The notes beneath the pieces are model-generated. The model saw nothing but the letters and a program-made list of their open reading frames with translations, was not told the origin of the DNA and ran no database searches. 64,000 nucleotides of DNA from Okamejei kenojei (Eukaryota), in contig CM069156.1 in NCBI GenBank assembly GCA_035221665.1, positions 20,460,001 through 20,524,000 on the forward strand, in the 5' to 3' direction. How positions within the stretch are numbered: the stretch's first letter is position 1; every line of letters begins with the position of its first letter. Below, piece after piece: positions 62,408 through 64,000 of this stretch. The position numbers and the translations under genes are program-made.

Positions 62408-63535
62408 AATAGACAATAATCACATTGAATGGCGGTACAGGAGTAGGCCATTCGGCCCTTCGAGCCAGCACCACCATTCAATGTGATTATGGCTGATCAT
62501 CCACAATCAGTACGCCGTTCCTGCCTTCTCTCCATATCCCCCGACTCCACTATCGTTAAGAGCCCTATCAAGCTCTCCCTTGAAAGTATCCAGAGAATCG
62601 GCCTCCACCGTCCTGTGAGGCAGAGAATTCCACAGACTCACAACTCTCTGTGTGAAAAAGTGTTTCCTCATCTCCGTTCTAAATACCTTACCCCTTATTC
62701 TAAAACCCTGGTTCTGGACTCCTCCAACATGTCCAAACCCTTAATAATCTTATATGTTTCAAAAGTTCCCCTCTCATCCTTCTAAATTCCAGAGTATACA
62801 AGCCGAGCCGCTCCATTCTCTCAGCATATTACAGCCCCGCCATCCTGGGAATTAAACTAGTGAACCTATGCTGCACTCCCTCAATAGCAAGAATGTCCTT
62901 CCTCAAATTAGGGGACCAAAACTGCACACAATACTCCAGGTGTGGTCTCACTGGGGCCCTGTACAACTGCAGAAGGACCTCTTTGTTCCTATACTCAACT
63001 CCTCTTGTTATGAAGGCCAACGTGCCATTCGCATTCTTCACTGCCTGCTGCACCTGCATGTTTACCTTCATTGACTGATCCCGTTGTACTTCCCCTTTTC
63101 CCAACTTGACACCATTTAGATAATAATCTGCCTTCCTGATTTTGCTACCAAAGTGGATAACCTCACATTTATCCACATTAAATTGCATCTGCCATGTCTC
63201 TGCCCACTCACCCAAGCTGTCCAAGTCACCCTGCATTCTCATAGCATCCTCCTCACAGTTCACACTGCCACCCAGCTTTGTGTAATCTGCAAATTTGCTA
63301 ATGTTACTTTGAATCCCTTCATCTAAATCATTGATGTATATTGTAAATAGCTGCGGTCCCAGCACCGAGCCTTGCGGTACCCCACTAGTCACTGCCTGCC
63401 ATTCTGAAAGGGACCCATTAATCCCTACTCTTTGTTTCCTGTCTGCCAACCAATTTTCTATCCATGTCAGCACTCTACCCCCAATACCATGTGCCCTAAT
63501 TTTGTCCACTAATCTCCCATGTGGGACCTTATCAA
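62408..63535 (-). mobile_element. 5'-truncated CR1 LINE inserted in a Rex1-like tail
   Basis: ORF 62829-63509 SGVPQGSVLGPQLFTIYINDLD..SKFADYTKLGG; TACC on both flanks (62404-62407, 63536-63539). Confidence 0.93.
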
Positions 63536-64000
63536 TACCGAGGTACAGTAAAAAGCTTGTTGCATGTTATCCAGTCAGCAGAAAGATAATACTTGATTAC
63601 AATCGAGCCATTACAGCGTGACTCAATTGTAGGAATTTATCCCCGACATTATTTAGACTGTTAATACAAATTTAATTGAAGTGCAATAAAACAAACTGCT
63701 GAAAGAACTCGGTGGCCCAGGCATCATCTGTGGAGACAGGGATGATGGATGCTTCAGGCTGCGACATTGCATCAGAAACTGACACAGGGCTGGACCTATA
63801 ATATTGGTCACTCCTCTGCCTCCATAAATGCTGCCTCTGCTGCTGAGTTCCTCCAGAAGCGTGTTTTTTGGTCCAGATCACAGTACCTTCAGACTCTTTA
63901 ATTGAAGTGCATATTGTTCCATGTTCTACATATATCCTCACAGGGCATTTGCCGGTGCTTTTAGGAGGTATAAACTCTCTTAAGAGAGGGCCTGGGACCT

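Noticed and set aside
62829-63509. Functional reverse transcriptase gene
   Set aside because: 5'-truncated CR1 with the catalytic FADD changed to FADY and internal deletions

Overview
Eukaryotic, vertebrate genomic DNA, most likely from a cartilaginous fish such as a skate or ray. This is inferred from the repeat content: HE1/V-SINE-like SINEs, abundant CR1/HER1-like LINEs, Rex1 and Penelope-like elements. Two protein-coding genes are supported, both on the minus strand. One is a complete 3-exon HSPB1 (hsp27) gene (CDS 31364-30974, 28423-28360, 25538-25349; 214 aa). The other is the last two coding exons of SRRM3 (62170-62032 and 54799-54592), which encode the eMIC microexon-activator domain. 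The order SRRM3-HSPB1 matches human 7q11.23. Most other sequence is decayed transposons, and nearly all short ORFs in the track are noise or LINE fragments. Main points for follow-up: (1) a dispersed Penelope-like repeat with a minimal hammerhead-ribozyme core, often present as fold-back copies; (2) an apparent +1 frameshift just before the SRRM3 eMIC; (3) candidate alternative acceptors in the eMIC-splitting intron; (4) a 114-nt near-perfect hairpin; (5) a retroposon carrying a 33-bp GC-rich minisatellite; (6) a HERO/R2-like 3' end; (7) candidate HSPB1 regulatory modules. No prokaryote-type system (CRISPR, operon) is present, and I cannot claim a wholly new system from the sequence alone.
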